Made by a program: the position numbers and the translations under genes
Shown: positions 8,315 through 17,345 of the stretch, piece by piece
Position numbering within the stretch: the stretch's first letter is position 1
Layout of the letters: each line of letters begins with the position of its first letter
From: Candidatus Bathyarchaeota archaeon B63
GTDB lineage: Archaea > Thermoproteota > Bathyarchaeia > Bathyarchaeales > DTEX01
Length of the DNA stretch: 36,831 bases
Direction of reading: 5' to 3'
Assembly: GCA_001593845.1 (NCBI GenBank)
Contig: LUCF01000004.1
Span: 1 to 36,831, forward strand
The notes under the pieces: generated by a model
The model's input: only the letters and a program-made list of their open reading frames with translations
Database searches by the model: none
What the model was told of the DNA's origin: nothing

Positions 8315-9511
8315 TCAGGGGACTTCTACCCATTTCCCCTTCTCTGCGGATTCCTCTATGGCGGATAGGATCTCCTGACACTTCAGCCCATCATAGAAGG
8401 TGGCGGCCATCGGGCCGACGGGCTTATCGTTGACCACGCAGTCTATGAAGTGATGGATCTCATGGACGAATGTGTGCTCCCATCCTATTATGTGGCCGTG
8501 GGGCCACCAGCGGTCGATGAATGGGTGGACGGCCTCGGTTACGAGTATGTTTCTGAAGCCCATCCTGTCCTCCGGGTCCTTCCTCGAGTAGACCTCGAGC
8601 TCGTTAAGCCTCTCAAGGTTGAAGACGATGGAGCCCTCTGTCCCGTGGATCTCTATCCTCTCGTAGTTCTTCCTCCCAGCGCAGAACCTTGATGCCTCGA
8701 GGCTTCCTATGGCGCCATTCTTAAACCTGACCATAGCGATGAAGACGTCGTCAACGTCCACCTTGCCCCTCTCCTCAGGTCTCCCTGGCAGGGGCCTCTC
8801 CTTGATGAAGGTCTCCGTCATCCCGCAGACCGATGCAAGGTCGCCCACAAGGAATCTGGCTAAATCTATGATGTGCGCGCCTAGGTCTCCTAGAGCCCCG
8901 GAGCCTGAGACGCTTCGTCTGAGCCTCCAGACCAGCGGGAAATTCGGGTCCATGATCCACTCCTGCAGGTAGACAGCCCTGTACTGGAGGATCTTTCCGA
9001 TGTATCCTTCGTCTATCAGCTTCTTCGCGAGCCTTATGGCCGGCACGAATCGATAGTTGAAGGCGGTCATATTCTTAACCCCTGCCTTCTCAACGGCCTC
9101 ATACATTGCCTTAGCGTCCTCCAGCGTCGCGGCGAGGGGCTTCTCGCAGATTATGTTCTTCCCAGCCTCAGCCGCGGTTATGCAGGGCTCCGCATGCATA
9201 TAGTTCGGGAGGCAGTTGTCAACGATCTCGACGTCCTCATCCGCTATGAGCTTCCTCCAGTCCGTATAGTACTTCTCAAACCCAAATCTCCTGGCTGCCT
9301 CCGCCACGGCCTCCTCTGTTCTTCCGAAGATGGCGACTAAGCGTGGGAAGGCTGGAGGGGGATAGAAGAAGACGGGCATCTTCCGGTATCCGTTCGAGTG
9401 GGCCTTGCCCATGAATGCGTAGCCGAGCAGCCCGATCCCTATCTCCCTGACCTCCTCGGCCCTCCTCTCAACCCTGCCCATCGTGACGAATCCTACTTCC
9501 TTCTTGGACAT
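8315..9511 (-). CDS. Gfo/Idh/MocA family NAD(P)-dependent oxidoreductase (inositol/sugar dehydrogenase-like)
   Basis: 398 aa. IGIGLLGYAFMGKAHS Rossmann start, the ICEKPLAATLEDAKAM signature (EKPxA), and a C-terminal alpha/beta oligomerisation domain. Confidence 0.85.
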   Translation of the reverse strand: MSKKEVGFVTMGRVERRAEEVREIGIGLLGYAFMGKAHSNGYRKMPVFFYPPPAFPRLVAIFGRTEEAVAEAARRFGFEKYYTDWRKLIADEDVEIVDNCLPNYMHAEPCITAAEAGKNIICEKPLAATLEDAKAMYEAVEKAGVKNMTAFNYRFVPAIRLAKKLIDEGYIGKILQYRAVYLQEWIMDPNFPLVWRLRRSVSGSGALGDLGAHIIDLARFLVGDLASVCGMTETFIKERPLPGRPEERGKVDVDDVFIAMVRFKNGAIGSLEASRFCAGRKNYERIEIHGTEGSIVFNLERLNELEVYSRKDPEDRMGFRNILVTEAVHPFIDRWWPHGHIIGWEHTFVHEIHHFIDCVVNDKPVGPMAATFYDGLKCQEILSAIEESAEKGKWVEVP

Positions 9512-9515
9512 TCCT

Positions 9516-10478
9516 CTACCACCACACCTGCTTTAGGGGCGCCTTTATTATCAGCGGCTTCAGGAAGGCTATGCACTTCTCGCATCCATCCTCCCTGCTC
9601 ATCACGGGATCTTCATGCTCGTAGCTGAGGACGTAGTCGTACCCGACCTCCAAGAGCGCGGTCATGACCCGTTTCCACTCGACATCCCCCCAGCCGACAA
9701 CCCTGAACCTGAAGCCCCTGCCGGGCCTCATCCAGGAGCCAGTGGGTATCACGCCTGAGGTTGAGACGTTCTCCTTGACCAGCTCAGCGTCCTTCGCGTG
9801 GGCATGATAGATCCTCCTCCCAAACTTCTTGATGAAGACCACGGGGTCTATTCCCTGCCATACAAGATGGCTTGGGTCGAAGTTGAACCCGAACTCCTTC
9901 CTCTCGTCTATGGCCTTTAAGGCCTGCTCAGCCGTCTCAATGTTGTATGCCTGCTCCTGCGGGTGAACCTCATGCGCGAACTTCACTCCATGCGCGGCGA
10001 AGACATCTAGGATGTCGTTCCACCGCTCGGCGAAGACCTCGAAGCCCTTCTCGAAGATCTTCTCGTTCCCTGGGGGAAAGATGTACCATGCGCCCCAGTT
10101 GGGGGAGCCGATGAAGCCGTTCACAACCGGGACATCCAATGCCGCCGCCGCCTCAGCCGTCTTCTTCATGCGTTCCATCCCGTACTTTATCTTCTCCTCA
10201 GGCGTTCCCTTGAACCATTCGTCCGTCGATTCGTCATGTGGGCCTAGGACGAGCTGGCCTTCGAGGTGATTGCTCAGCCCGGAGATTATAAGCCCGTACT
10301 TCTCAACGGTCTTCTTGAATTCGGTCGCCCCGCCGCTGAGGATCCTATCTATGTCTATGTGGTTGCTTCCCCTCCAAGCAGCAATCTCAACAGCCTCGTA
10401 TCCGAGCTTCGAGACGTACTCTAGGACCTTCTCTAGCTTCCATTCGTTGTATAGAACTGTGAAGATCCCTATCTTCAA
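9516..10478 (-). CDS. sugar phosphate isomerase/epimerase, xylose isomerase-like TIM barrel (AP endonuclease 2 family)
   Basis: 320 aa. KLGYEAVEI, FAHEVHP, HAHAKD and LSYEHED are metal-ligand-type contexts. It ends 4 nt before the downstream oxidoreductase gene starts, so they probably form an operon. Confidence 0.8.
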   Translation of the reverse strand: MKIGIFTVLYNEWKLEKVLEYVSKLGYEAVEIAAWRGSNHIDIDRILSGGATEFKKTVEKYGLIISGLSNHLEGQLVLGPHDESTDEWFKGTPEEKIKYGMERMKKTAEAAAALDVPVVNGFIGSPNWGAWYIFPPGNEKIFEKGFEVFAERWNDILDVFAAHGVKFAHEVHPQEQAYNIETAEQALKAIDERKEFGFNFDPSHLVWQGIDPVVFIKKFGRRIYHAHAKDAELVKENVSTSGVIPTGSWMRPGRGFRFRVVGWGDVEWKRVMTALLEVGYDYVLSYEHEDPVMSREDGCEKCIAFLKPLIIKAPLKQVWW

Positions 10479-10604
10479 TTAGGCTTCCTCCCATAATCCC
10501 TCTTTAAGTCAAAAAAAGAATCAATCTTTAGTCTTAAAAGGTTTTTTTGTAGATGGGGCTCAGTAGCCCCCCTTGGGCTTCACGGCTAAGCATGCATGGA
10601 GGGC

Positions 10605-10811
10605 TTAACCCTCCTCATCCTCGATGAAGTACCTACGCGTAGCCGGATCGCTGGAGATCACTCCCTTCTCGAACAATCTACGCAGCGCCCTAAAGACTGC
10701 CTTCGGCTTCATATCAAGTCTCTCAGAGATCTCGGCCAGGGTGAGGGGGCCATCCTCAGTTAGGAGCCCAATTATCCTCTTATCCGTCTTGCTCAATCCC
10801 GACGCCTCCAC
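10605..10811 (-). CDS. small winged-helix DNA-binding protein (MarR/TrmB/ArsR-like)
   Basis: 68 aa. DKRIIGLLTEDGPLTLAEISERLDMKPKAVFRALRRLFEKGVISSD...RRYF is a complete wHTH. GTG start at 10811. Confidence 0.7.
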   Translation of the reverse strand: MEASGLSKTDKRIIGLLTEDGPLTLAEISERLDMKPKAVFRALRRLFEKGVISSDPATRRYFIEDEEG

Positions 10812-10957
10812 GATTCTCAGATTCTTAATCGATTACTTGGATATCGTATATCAGCTTTTAGCCGTAGAAGGAATAAATGGCACCTACAGAAGAATGGGTG
10901 GAGAGCGATTAAGATTAATTATCGCGTATACACAAATAGATAATTGAGTGGAGAGAC

Positions 10958-12070
10958 TTGGGAAGATGCCGCGTCTGCCTCGAAGAATCGATGACGATTT
11001 CAGATTACTTGGGGGTCTGCGCGGACTGCATAAAGGAGAACCCAGAAGAGGCCCTACCACTAGCTGAGAAGGCGCATTCTGAATCCCGCAGCCTCTTCGG
11101 GCTGCCTCCGAGGCCTCCCCGCACTTCAGGCGGGGTCTCATGCGGGATGTGCGCGAACGACTGTGTGATCGGGGATGGAGAGAAGGGGTTCTGCGGCTTG
11201 GTCATAAATAAGGACGGCAGGTTGACCCGTCTGGGAGGGACCCCTGACCGGGGGGTTCTTGAGTGGTACTATGACCCGCTTCCCACAAACTGCGTTGCGT
11301 GGTGGTTCTGCCCGGGATGCACCGGGTCAGGCTATCCGAAGTATGCACATATGCCGAGGGCCGAGGCGGGATACGTGAACCTAGCGGTCTTCTACGGGGC
11401 ATGCAGCCTGGACTGCCTCTTCTGTCAGAACTGGCACTACAGGAACTTGACCGCCAGGCTGAAGCCGATGATGAGCGCTGAGGACCTCGCCGGAAAGGTC
11501 AACAAAAATGTCTCATGCATCTGCTTCTTCGGAGGGGACCCATCGGCTCAGATGCCTCACGCCCTTAAGACGAGCATGATCGCCCTTGAGGAGGCTAAAC
11601 GTGGCAGCCGCATCCTGAGGATATGCTGGGAGACTAACGGAAACATGAAGGGGAGATTCGCGGATATGGCTGCTGATCTCTCCTTGAGGAGCGGTGGGGT
11701 AGTGAAGTTCGACCTCAAGGCTTGGGACGAGAACATCCACATCGCATTATGCGGCGTCTCGAACAGGGCGGCGTTGAGGAACTTCAGCATGATAGGCGAG
11801 AAGTACTTCGAGAGGCGCGGGGAGATCCCAGTCTTGACCGCCAGCACCCTTCTGGTTCCAGGCTACATTGATGAGGTTGAAGTTGAGGGGGTAGCTGAGT
11901 TCTTGGCCAGTATTGACCCTGAAATCCCATATACCCTGCTCGCCTTCTATCCGCAGTACAGGATGACTGACCTCCCGACTACGAGCCGTAGACAGGCCTT
12001 GAGGTGCCGGGAGGCGGCGGAGAAGCACCTGAAGAACGTACGGATAGGAAATGTGCATCTTCTCTCATAA
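10958..12070 (+). CDS. radical SAM protein, PflA/PflX-type activase-like, with N-terminal Cys-rich region
   Basis: 370 aa. YGACSLDCLFCQNWHY is a CX3CX2C with the QNW typical of activase-like enzymes. Upstream are CRVC...CADC and CGMCANDCVIGDGEKGFCG. GGDPS is also present. Confidence 0.8.
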   Translation: MGRCRVCLEESMTISDYLGVCADCIKENPEEALPLAEKAHSESRSLFGLPPRPPRTSGGVSCGMCANDCVIGDGEKGFCGLVINKDGRLTRLGGTPDRGVLEWYYDPLPTNCVAWWFCPGCTGSGYPKYAHMPRAEAGYVNLAVFYGACSLDCLFCQNWHYRNLTARLKPMMSAEDLAGKVNKNVSCICFFGGDPSAQMPHALKTSMIALEEAKRGSRILRICWETNGNMKGRFADMAADLSLRSGGVVKFDLKAWDENIHIALCGVSNRAALRNFSMIGEKYFERRGEIPVLTASTLLVPGYIDEVEVEGVAEFLASIDPEIPYTLLAFYPQYRMTDLPTTSRRQALRCREAAEKHLKNVRIGNVHLLS

Positions 12071-12203
12071 CTGATCAGAGAGACCTCGGAGGCCCTCAGC
12101 AGAGCCTATAATTATAGGAGGCCTCCAAAGAAGGAGAACAGTAAAATCTTTATAAATTCATCTCACCCCCTTCCGTATGATCTATTAAGGGTGATTAGTA
12201 AAA

Positions 12204-13106
12204 ATGTGCCGCCTCTTCGGCATGTTATCGGTTGAGGCCTCAGACGCCCGGAAGTACCTCCTAGATGATCCATGCTCACTATACGCACAGAGCAGGAAGA
12301 ATCCGAGGAGGCTTCAGGGGGACGGGTGGGGAATCGGATACTACATGAACGGATCAGCCGTGCTCATCAAGAGCGAGAGGCCTGTCTACATGGAGCGTGA
12401 TGGGTTCACCTCAGCCGTGAAGCGTGCGAGGTCCAAGATAATCATCGCCCACATCAGACGGGCGAGCAATCCTAGGGGGCTTCCGGCGGAGAGGCTCATC
12501 TCAAAGGATAACTCTCAGCCCTTCAAGTTTAGAAATTACATATTTGCTCATAACGGGACGATCACTATACCGGATGAGGTGGCCGATAACCTCGGAGAAT
12601 GGAGAAGGAGAATAAGGGGGCTCAACGACAGCGAGGTCTACTTCTGGTTCATAATGAGGGAGATCTCCCTAGGCGCCGATGTGGCTTCAGCACTCAGGAG
12701 ATTCAGGGATGCCCTTGAGGCTCTCTGGAGGGATGTGCGCAGGAGACATCCACGGAAGAGCCGCCCATATGTGGGGCTGAATAGCATAATCAGCGATGGG
12801 GAATGCCTCTACGCCTATTGCATGTACGATGAGGAGGATGGACGTGGACGGTCGATATGCTTCGGGGATCAGCCGGTCTTTGAGATGTGCTACCTACTCG
12901 ACGGGGAGAGGCTGGTCGTGGCATCGGAGAAGACGAACCTCGAAGAGGAATGGAAGCCTCTGAGAAGCGGAGAACTACTCATCGGGAGAATCCGTAGAGG
13001 AGAGGTGACCGCCGAGATAATAAGGGTCGAGAAGGGATATTACATGATCGGTTCTACGGTGAAATTCTCATATAAAGCATATGCTTTCACCATGCTTAAA
13101 CTCTAA
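12204..13106 (+). CDS. class II (Ntn-type) glutamine amidotransferase, YafJ-like
   Basis: 300 aa beginning MCRLFG (catalytic Cys2). Also HIRRAS, SQPF and FAHNGTI. TTTATAAA box at 12149-12156. Confidence 0.85.
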   Translation: MCRLFGMLSVEASDARKYLLDDPCSLYAQSRKNPRRLQGDGWGIGYYMNGSAVLIKSERPVYMERDGFTSAVKRARSKIIIAHIRRASNPRGLPAERLISKDNSQPFKFRNYIFAHNGTITIPDEVADNLGEWRRRIRGLNDSEVYFWFIMREISLGADVASALRRFRDALEALWRDVRRRHPRKSRPYVGLNSIISDGECLYAYCMYDEEDGRGRSICFGDQPVFEMCYLLDGERLVVASEKTNLEEEWKPLRSGELLIGRIRRGEVTAEIIRVEKGYYMIGSTVKFSYKAYAFTMLKL

Positions 13107-13140
13107 AAGTATTACATAGGATGAGTTATAATGTCACCTT

Positions 13141-13260
13141 GTGGATTGTTCAGCCGCTGCGACTGCGAAGGTTTATAATGCTAAACTTGTCACCACCGAC
13201 CGTAGCCTCGTCGAAGCCGCAAAATCCGAGAAGATCCCAACAGAGGCCTATGAGCCGTGG
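13141..13260 (+). pseudogene. C-terminal remnant of a PIN-domain (VapC-like) gene
   Basis: An open frame at 13132-13311 is just under the track cut-off. It reads VDCSAAATAKVYNAKLVTTDRSLVEAAKSEKIP, which matches the C-terminal xDxxxAATAxxxxxxLxTxD motif of PIN nucleases. The N-terminal two thirds of the domain are absent. Confidence 0.35.
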
Positions 13261-13347
13261 ATGTTAAAGTTATCTTTCCCGTTTATTTCTCCGGCCTCGT
13301 CAAGTTTATAAATAAGCCGCCGAATTTAGAGAGAGTTTGAAGACTGC

Positions 13348-15411
13348 TTGGAGGAAGAATGCATGGAATGGTTCTTCGTGAGCTCAGCTGTCGGCTTAGC
13401 CTCCATTCTACTAGCAGCTTACCTGTACCGTTATATTATGAATCAGGAAAGCGGCACTGAGAGGATGCAGGAGATCGCAGGCGCGATAGAGGAGGGCGCC
13501 ACGGCTTATCTGAGGAGGCAGAACAAAACTCTGGCGGGCTTCGTCTTGGCGATGGCTGTCGTCTTAGGGATCCTATTCAGCTTTTCCGAGAGCATCTTCC
13601 ATGGAGTGAGCATCGCGATATCATATCTGCTCGGCTCCCTATGCACGACGATGGCGGCCTACGTCGGCATGATGACCGCTGTCAAAGCGAACGTTAGGAC
13701 GGCGAACGCGGCGAGAACGGGCCTGAAGAAGGCCTTCCCAATAGCCTTCTACGGAGGAGCTGTGATGGGCCTCTCCATAGTAGGGCTTGCCCTGCTTGGG
13801 ATAAGCTCGCTCTTCTATATTTATCACATCGTCCTGGGCTGGCATGAGATCCCAGCCTCCAACATCGTTTTAGGCTTCAGTTTCGGAGCGAGCGCCCTTG
13901 CGCTCTTCGCGAAGGCAGGCGGGGGCATATACACGAAGACCGCGGACATAAGCGCAGATCTAGTAGGCAAAGTTGAGCTCGGCATCCCTGAGGACGATCC
14001 GAGAAACCCGGCGGTGATAGCGGATAACGTCGGAGACAACGTCGGAGACGTGGCTGGGATGGGCGCCGACCTGATCGACTCCTACATCGCAAGCGTGATA
14101 GCGGCGATGATCATAGGATCAGAGATAGGGGGTGGAACGCTTACCACCCTTCCCCTGATGATAGCGGCTGCGGGGCTCTTCGCATCGATAATCGGCGGGC
14201 TATTCATGAGGGTGGGCATAAGGAGCAGCCCAGGAGCAGCATTGAACAGGGGAACCTTCATAACATGTTTCCTCTTCGTCATTCTCCTCTACATGGTCAC
14301 TTACTCGTCAGGGCTAAGCGGGAACGGCTGGCTCGGGGTCTTTCTGCCCACGGCGGCCGGCCTAACCGCGGGGCTGGTCATAGGGATCACAACCGATTAC
14401 TTCACCTCGATTGACAGGATGCCGGCTCAGAAGATCGCCGAGGCCTCGACGACGGGGGCTGCGATAAACATCCTAACGGGCTTCTCCTACGGAATAATGA
14501 GCATAGTCCCCCCGATAATCGGCATCAGCGCGGCTACACTGGCCTCCTGGTACTTCGCCGAGATGTTCGGGATAGACCCATACTATGGAATCTCGATCTC
14601 AGCCGTTGGGATGCTCTCGATCGTCGGGATGATAATCTCCGCTGACGCCTACGGCCCGATCTCCGACAACGCTAAGGGGATAGCTGAGCAGTCAGGGCTT
14701 GGGGATGCGGTCATCGACGTTGCGGACAAGCTTGACGCGGCGGGGAACACCTCAAAGGCCATAACGAAGGGGTTCGCGATTGGGGCCGCCGCCCTTACGG
14801 TGCTAGCGCTCTTCGCAGCCTACTCGAAGGTTGTGGATATTGAGACCCTAAACTTGATGGAGCCCACAGTCGTCGTTGGGGTCTTCATAGGGGCGATGAT
14901 GCCTCCGCTTCTCTCCGCGCTGCTTATACTCGCCGTGGGCAGGAACGCTGAGAGGATGATAGAGGAGATCAGGAGGCAATTCAGGGAGATCGAGGGATTA
15001 ATGGAGGGGACGGCGAAGCCGGACTATGCGAGGTGCGTCGATATAGCTGCAAAGGGCGCCTTGAAGGAGCTCATGCTCCCCTGCCTCCTAGCCATAGTAG
15101 CGCCGATAGCTACCCTATTGACGCTGGGGAAGGAGGCCCTAGCCGGGTTCCTAGCCGGAAGCATAGTGACAGGGATAGTCTTCGCCCTGTTCATGGCCAA
15201 CTCTGGGGGGGCATGGGACAACGCTAAGAAATACATAGAGGCTGGGGCCTACGGGGGGAAGGGCTCAGAGGCGCATAAGGCTGCTGTTACGGGGGACACT
15301 GTAGGCGACCCATTCAAGGATACAGCCGGCCCATCGCTGAACACGATGATAACTGTGATGTCCCTAGTCGCATCGGTATTCGCCCCCCTCGTCATGTTCC
15401 TCATGATCTAG
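13348..15411 (+). CDS. hppA: membrane-bound H+-translocating pyrophosphatase (V-PPase), probably the K+-independent type
   Basis: 687 aa, multi-pass. [17 protein letters not shown] and [17 protein letters not shown] signatures. [14 protein letters not shown] carries Lys at the Ala/Lys K+-dependence position. TTTATAAATA box at 13304-13313. The more likely start is ATG 13363. Confidence 0.95.
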   Translation: MEEECMEWFFVSSAVGLASILLAAYLYRYIMNQESGTERMQEIAGAIEEGATAYLRRQNKTLAGFVLAMAVVLGILFSFSESIFHGVSIAISYLLGSLCTTMAAYVGMMTAVKANVRTANAARTGLKKAFPIAFYGGAVMGLSIVGLALLGISSLFYIYHIVLGWHEIPASNIVLGFSFGASALALFAKAGGGIYTKTADISADLVGKVELGIPEDDPRNPAVIADNVGDNVGDVAGMGADLIDSYIASVIAAMIIGSEIGGGTLTTLPLMIAAAGLFASIIGGLFMRVGIRSSPGAALNRGTFITCFLFVILLYMVTYSSGLSGNGWLGVFLPTAAGLTAGLVIGITTDYFTSIDRMPAQKIAEASTTGAAINILTGFSYGIMSIVPPIIGISAATLASWYFAEMFGIDPYYGISISAVGMLSIVGMIISADAYGPISDNAKGIAEQSGLGDAVIDVADKLDAAGNTSKAITKGFAIGAAALTVLALFAAYSKVVDIETLNLMEPTVVVGVFIGAMMPPLLSALLILAVGRNAERMIEEIRRQFREIEGLMEGTAKPDYARCVDIAAKGALKELMLPCLLAIVAPIATLLTLGKEALAGFLAGSIVTGIVFALFMANSGGAWDNAKKYIEAGAYGGKGSEAHKAAVTGDTVGDPFKDTAGPSLNTMITVMSLVASVFAPLVMFLMI

Positions 15412-15434
15412 GGAGGCGTCGTCATACATCTCCC

Positions 15435-15442
15435 TTTTTATT
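15435..15442 (+). terminator. oligo-T terminator after hppA
   Basis: TTTTTATT at 15435-15442, 24 nt after the hppA stop. Confidence 0.45.
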
Positions 15443-15578
15443 GCTGAGCTGTCCTAAAGGAGGCCAGCGGCCCATCAGAGAGGCTGGAACGCGGTAAATC
15501 TTTTTAAATCACGACTTATTTTAGAAACATGCATCAGCATCCACCCCCGGGAACAAAAGCGTTAAGAGCTGGGATTGA

Positions 15579-16409
15579 GAGACGAGGACGGCCGCTGGTT
15601 TAATCGGCTGCGGATCGATAGGCTCTGTAATAGCGAAGGCGATCGACACCGGAGAAGCCGGGGACGTCACGTTAGAGGCTCTCTATGACGTCTCCCGAGA
15701 GTATGCGGAGAGACTCGCGTCCTCCCTATCCAGGAAGCCCCGCGTCGCCGAGAACGTTGATGAGCTCCTCGGGAACGATAAGATCCAGCTGGTCATCGAG
15801 GCTGCATCACAGGAGGCGGTGAGGCAATACGCCGTTAAGGCCCTATCGAGGGGGAAGGACCTCATGGTCCTGAGCACGGGCGCCCTCCTCGACGATGACC
15901 TATTAAAGGAGATATCAAGAATCGCGGAGGAGAAGGGCAGGAAGGTCTACATCCCCTCCGGCGCCATAGTCGGCCTGGACAATGTGAAGGCTGCCGCCGT
16001 GGGCCCTGTTGAGGAGGTAACCCTCATAACGAGGAAGCCGCCTGAGAGCTTTGAGGGGGCGCCTTTCATGGCTGAGAGGGGGATCAAGCCGTCGGAGATA
16101 GATAGGCCCACCGTCCTGTTCGAGGGATCAGCAAGGGAGGCTGTGAGGCTCTTCCCCAGAAACGTGAATGTCTCTGCCTCCCTGAGCCTAGCTGGGATCG
16201 GGGCTGACAGGACGAGGGTCAAGATAATCGCCGACCCGAATGTGAGGAGCATCATCCACGAGATCCACGTGAGGGGAGAGTTTGGGGAGATGATGATGCG
16301 GACTGTGAACAAGCCTTTCCCTGAGAACCCGAAGACCAGCTATATAGCCGCCCTCTCCGCGATCGCAACCCTAAGAAAGATAAGCGGAAGCATAATCGTG
16401 GGAACATGA
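15579..16409 (+). CDS. nadX: L-aspartate dehydrogenase; the 5' end is anomalous (no canonical start codon upstream of the Rossmann motif)
   Basis: The track ORF (GTG 15819) is only the C-terminal 196 aa. The same frame is open back to a TGA at 15576-15578 and encodes AAGLIGCGSIGSVIAKAID... (GxGxxG). FPRNVNVSASL and FPENPKTSYIAALSAIATLR match the TM1643-type enzyme. There is no ATG/GTG/TTG in frame between 15579 and 15818. Confidence 0.8.
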   Translation, partial: ETRTAAGLIGCGSIGSVIAKAIDTGEAGDVTLEALYDVSREYAERLASSLSRKPRVAENVDELLGNDKIQLVIEAASQEAVRQYAVKALSRGKDLMVLSTGALLDDDLLKEISRIAEEKGRKVYIPSGAIVGLDNVKAAAVGPVEEVTLITRKPPESFEGAPFMAERGIKPSEIDRPTVLFEGSAREAVRLFPRNVNVSASLSLAGIGADRTRVKIIADPNVRSIIHEIHVRGEFGEMMMRTVNKPFPENPKTSYIAALSAIATLRKISGSIIVGT

Positions 16410-16472
16410 TCCCGGTCTTTCATAGAAAGATTTTTCTCCGATTAGCCGATTGAAAACCTAGAGGTCACCGTT

Positions 16473-17345
16473 TTGGATACGCATAAGCCCATCATACGCG
16501 AGATGCTGATGAGCTTTCTAAGGGAAGACTTGGGCATGGGGGACATAACCACATGGGCGGTCGTACCAGCCGATGTCAGCGTAGACTCACAGATAATTGT
16601 GAAGGAGGAAGCGGTCATCGCCGGCCTCCACGAGGCCTCCCTAATCTTCGAGATGGCGGGGGCCAAGTTCAAAGCCAGAGTCGAGGAGGGCGTGGAGGTC
16701 CCAGCTGGGACCATAATAGCCGAGGTGAAGGGGAGCGGCCGGGCTGTCCTCTCGGCTGAGAGGACTGCGCTCAACATGCTAATGAGGATGACTGGGATAG
16801 CGACTCTGACGAGGAGGCTCATCAATATGGTTCGGGAGGCCGGGCTTGAAGTGAGGATAGCCGCGACTAGGAAGACAGCTCCTGGCCTCCGATTCTTCGA
16901 TAAGAGGGCGGTCGTGATCGGGGGTGGGGATCCCCATCGGTTCAGGCTGGATGACGCCGTCCTCATAAAGGACAACCACGTCAGAATCGCCGGGAGCATA
17001 AAGGAGGCTATAAGGAGGGCCCGCTCAGCCGTTAGCTTCGCCAAGAGCATAGAGGTTGAGGCCCGAACGGTTGAGGAGGCATTAGAGGCGGCTGAGTCCG
17101 GAGTCGACATCATAATGCTTGATAATATGTCCCCAGAAGAGGCGGGGCGGGCGATCAGGATGCTTGAGGAGGTGGGGCTCAGAGATAAGGTGATGATCGA
17201 GATCTCTGGGGGGGTAACTGAGGATAACTTGCTTGAGTATGCGAGGCTCAGGCCGGAGATAATCTCGTTGGGTTTCCTGACGCACTCCGTCAGAGCCGTT
17301 GACATGAGCCTCGAAGTCGTCGGGATCCATGCCGGGTCAAGCTAG
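16473..17345 (+). CDS. nadC: nicotinate-nucleotide pyrophosphorylase (carboxylating) / quinolinate phosphoribosyltransferase
   Basis: 290 aa. LREDLGMGDITT, ATRKTAPGLR, GGGDPHRFRLDDAVLIKDNH, IEVEA, IMLDNM and IEISGG. TTG start. Confidence 0.93.
   Translation: MDTHKPIIREMLMSFLREDLGMGDITTWAVVPADVSVDSQIIVKEEAVIAGLHEASLIFEMAGAKFKARVEEGVEVPAGTIIAEVKGSGRAVLSAERTALNMLMRMTGIATLTRRLINMVREAGLEVRIAATRKTAPGLRFFDKRAVVIGGGDPHRFRLDDAVLIKDNHVRIAGSIKEAIRRARSAVSFAKSIEVEARTVEEALEAAESGVDIIMLDNMSPEEAGRAIRMLEEVGLRDKVMIEISGGVTEDNLLEYARLRPEIISLGFLTHSVRAVDMSLEVVGIHAGSS

Noticed and set aside
12088-12126. The inverted repeat GGAGGCC...GGCCTCC and the palindrome GGAGGCCTCC downstream of the radical SAM gene.
   Set aside because: It is most simply a 3' stem-loop between a stop codon and the next promoter. 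No repeat copies or partner features were seen elsewhere in the window.
16442-17305. A 287-aa minus-strand ORF fully antisense to nadC. There are similar long antisense ORFs at 4619-5293, 1802-2353, 26587-27075, 29820-30245, 31359-32036 and 3806-4192.
   Set aside because: Their Ser/Ala/Thr/Pro/Arg-rich low-complexity translations are typical of shadow frames in GC-rich genes. Each overlaps a strongly motif-supported gene on the other strand.
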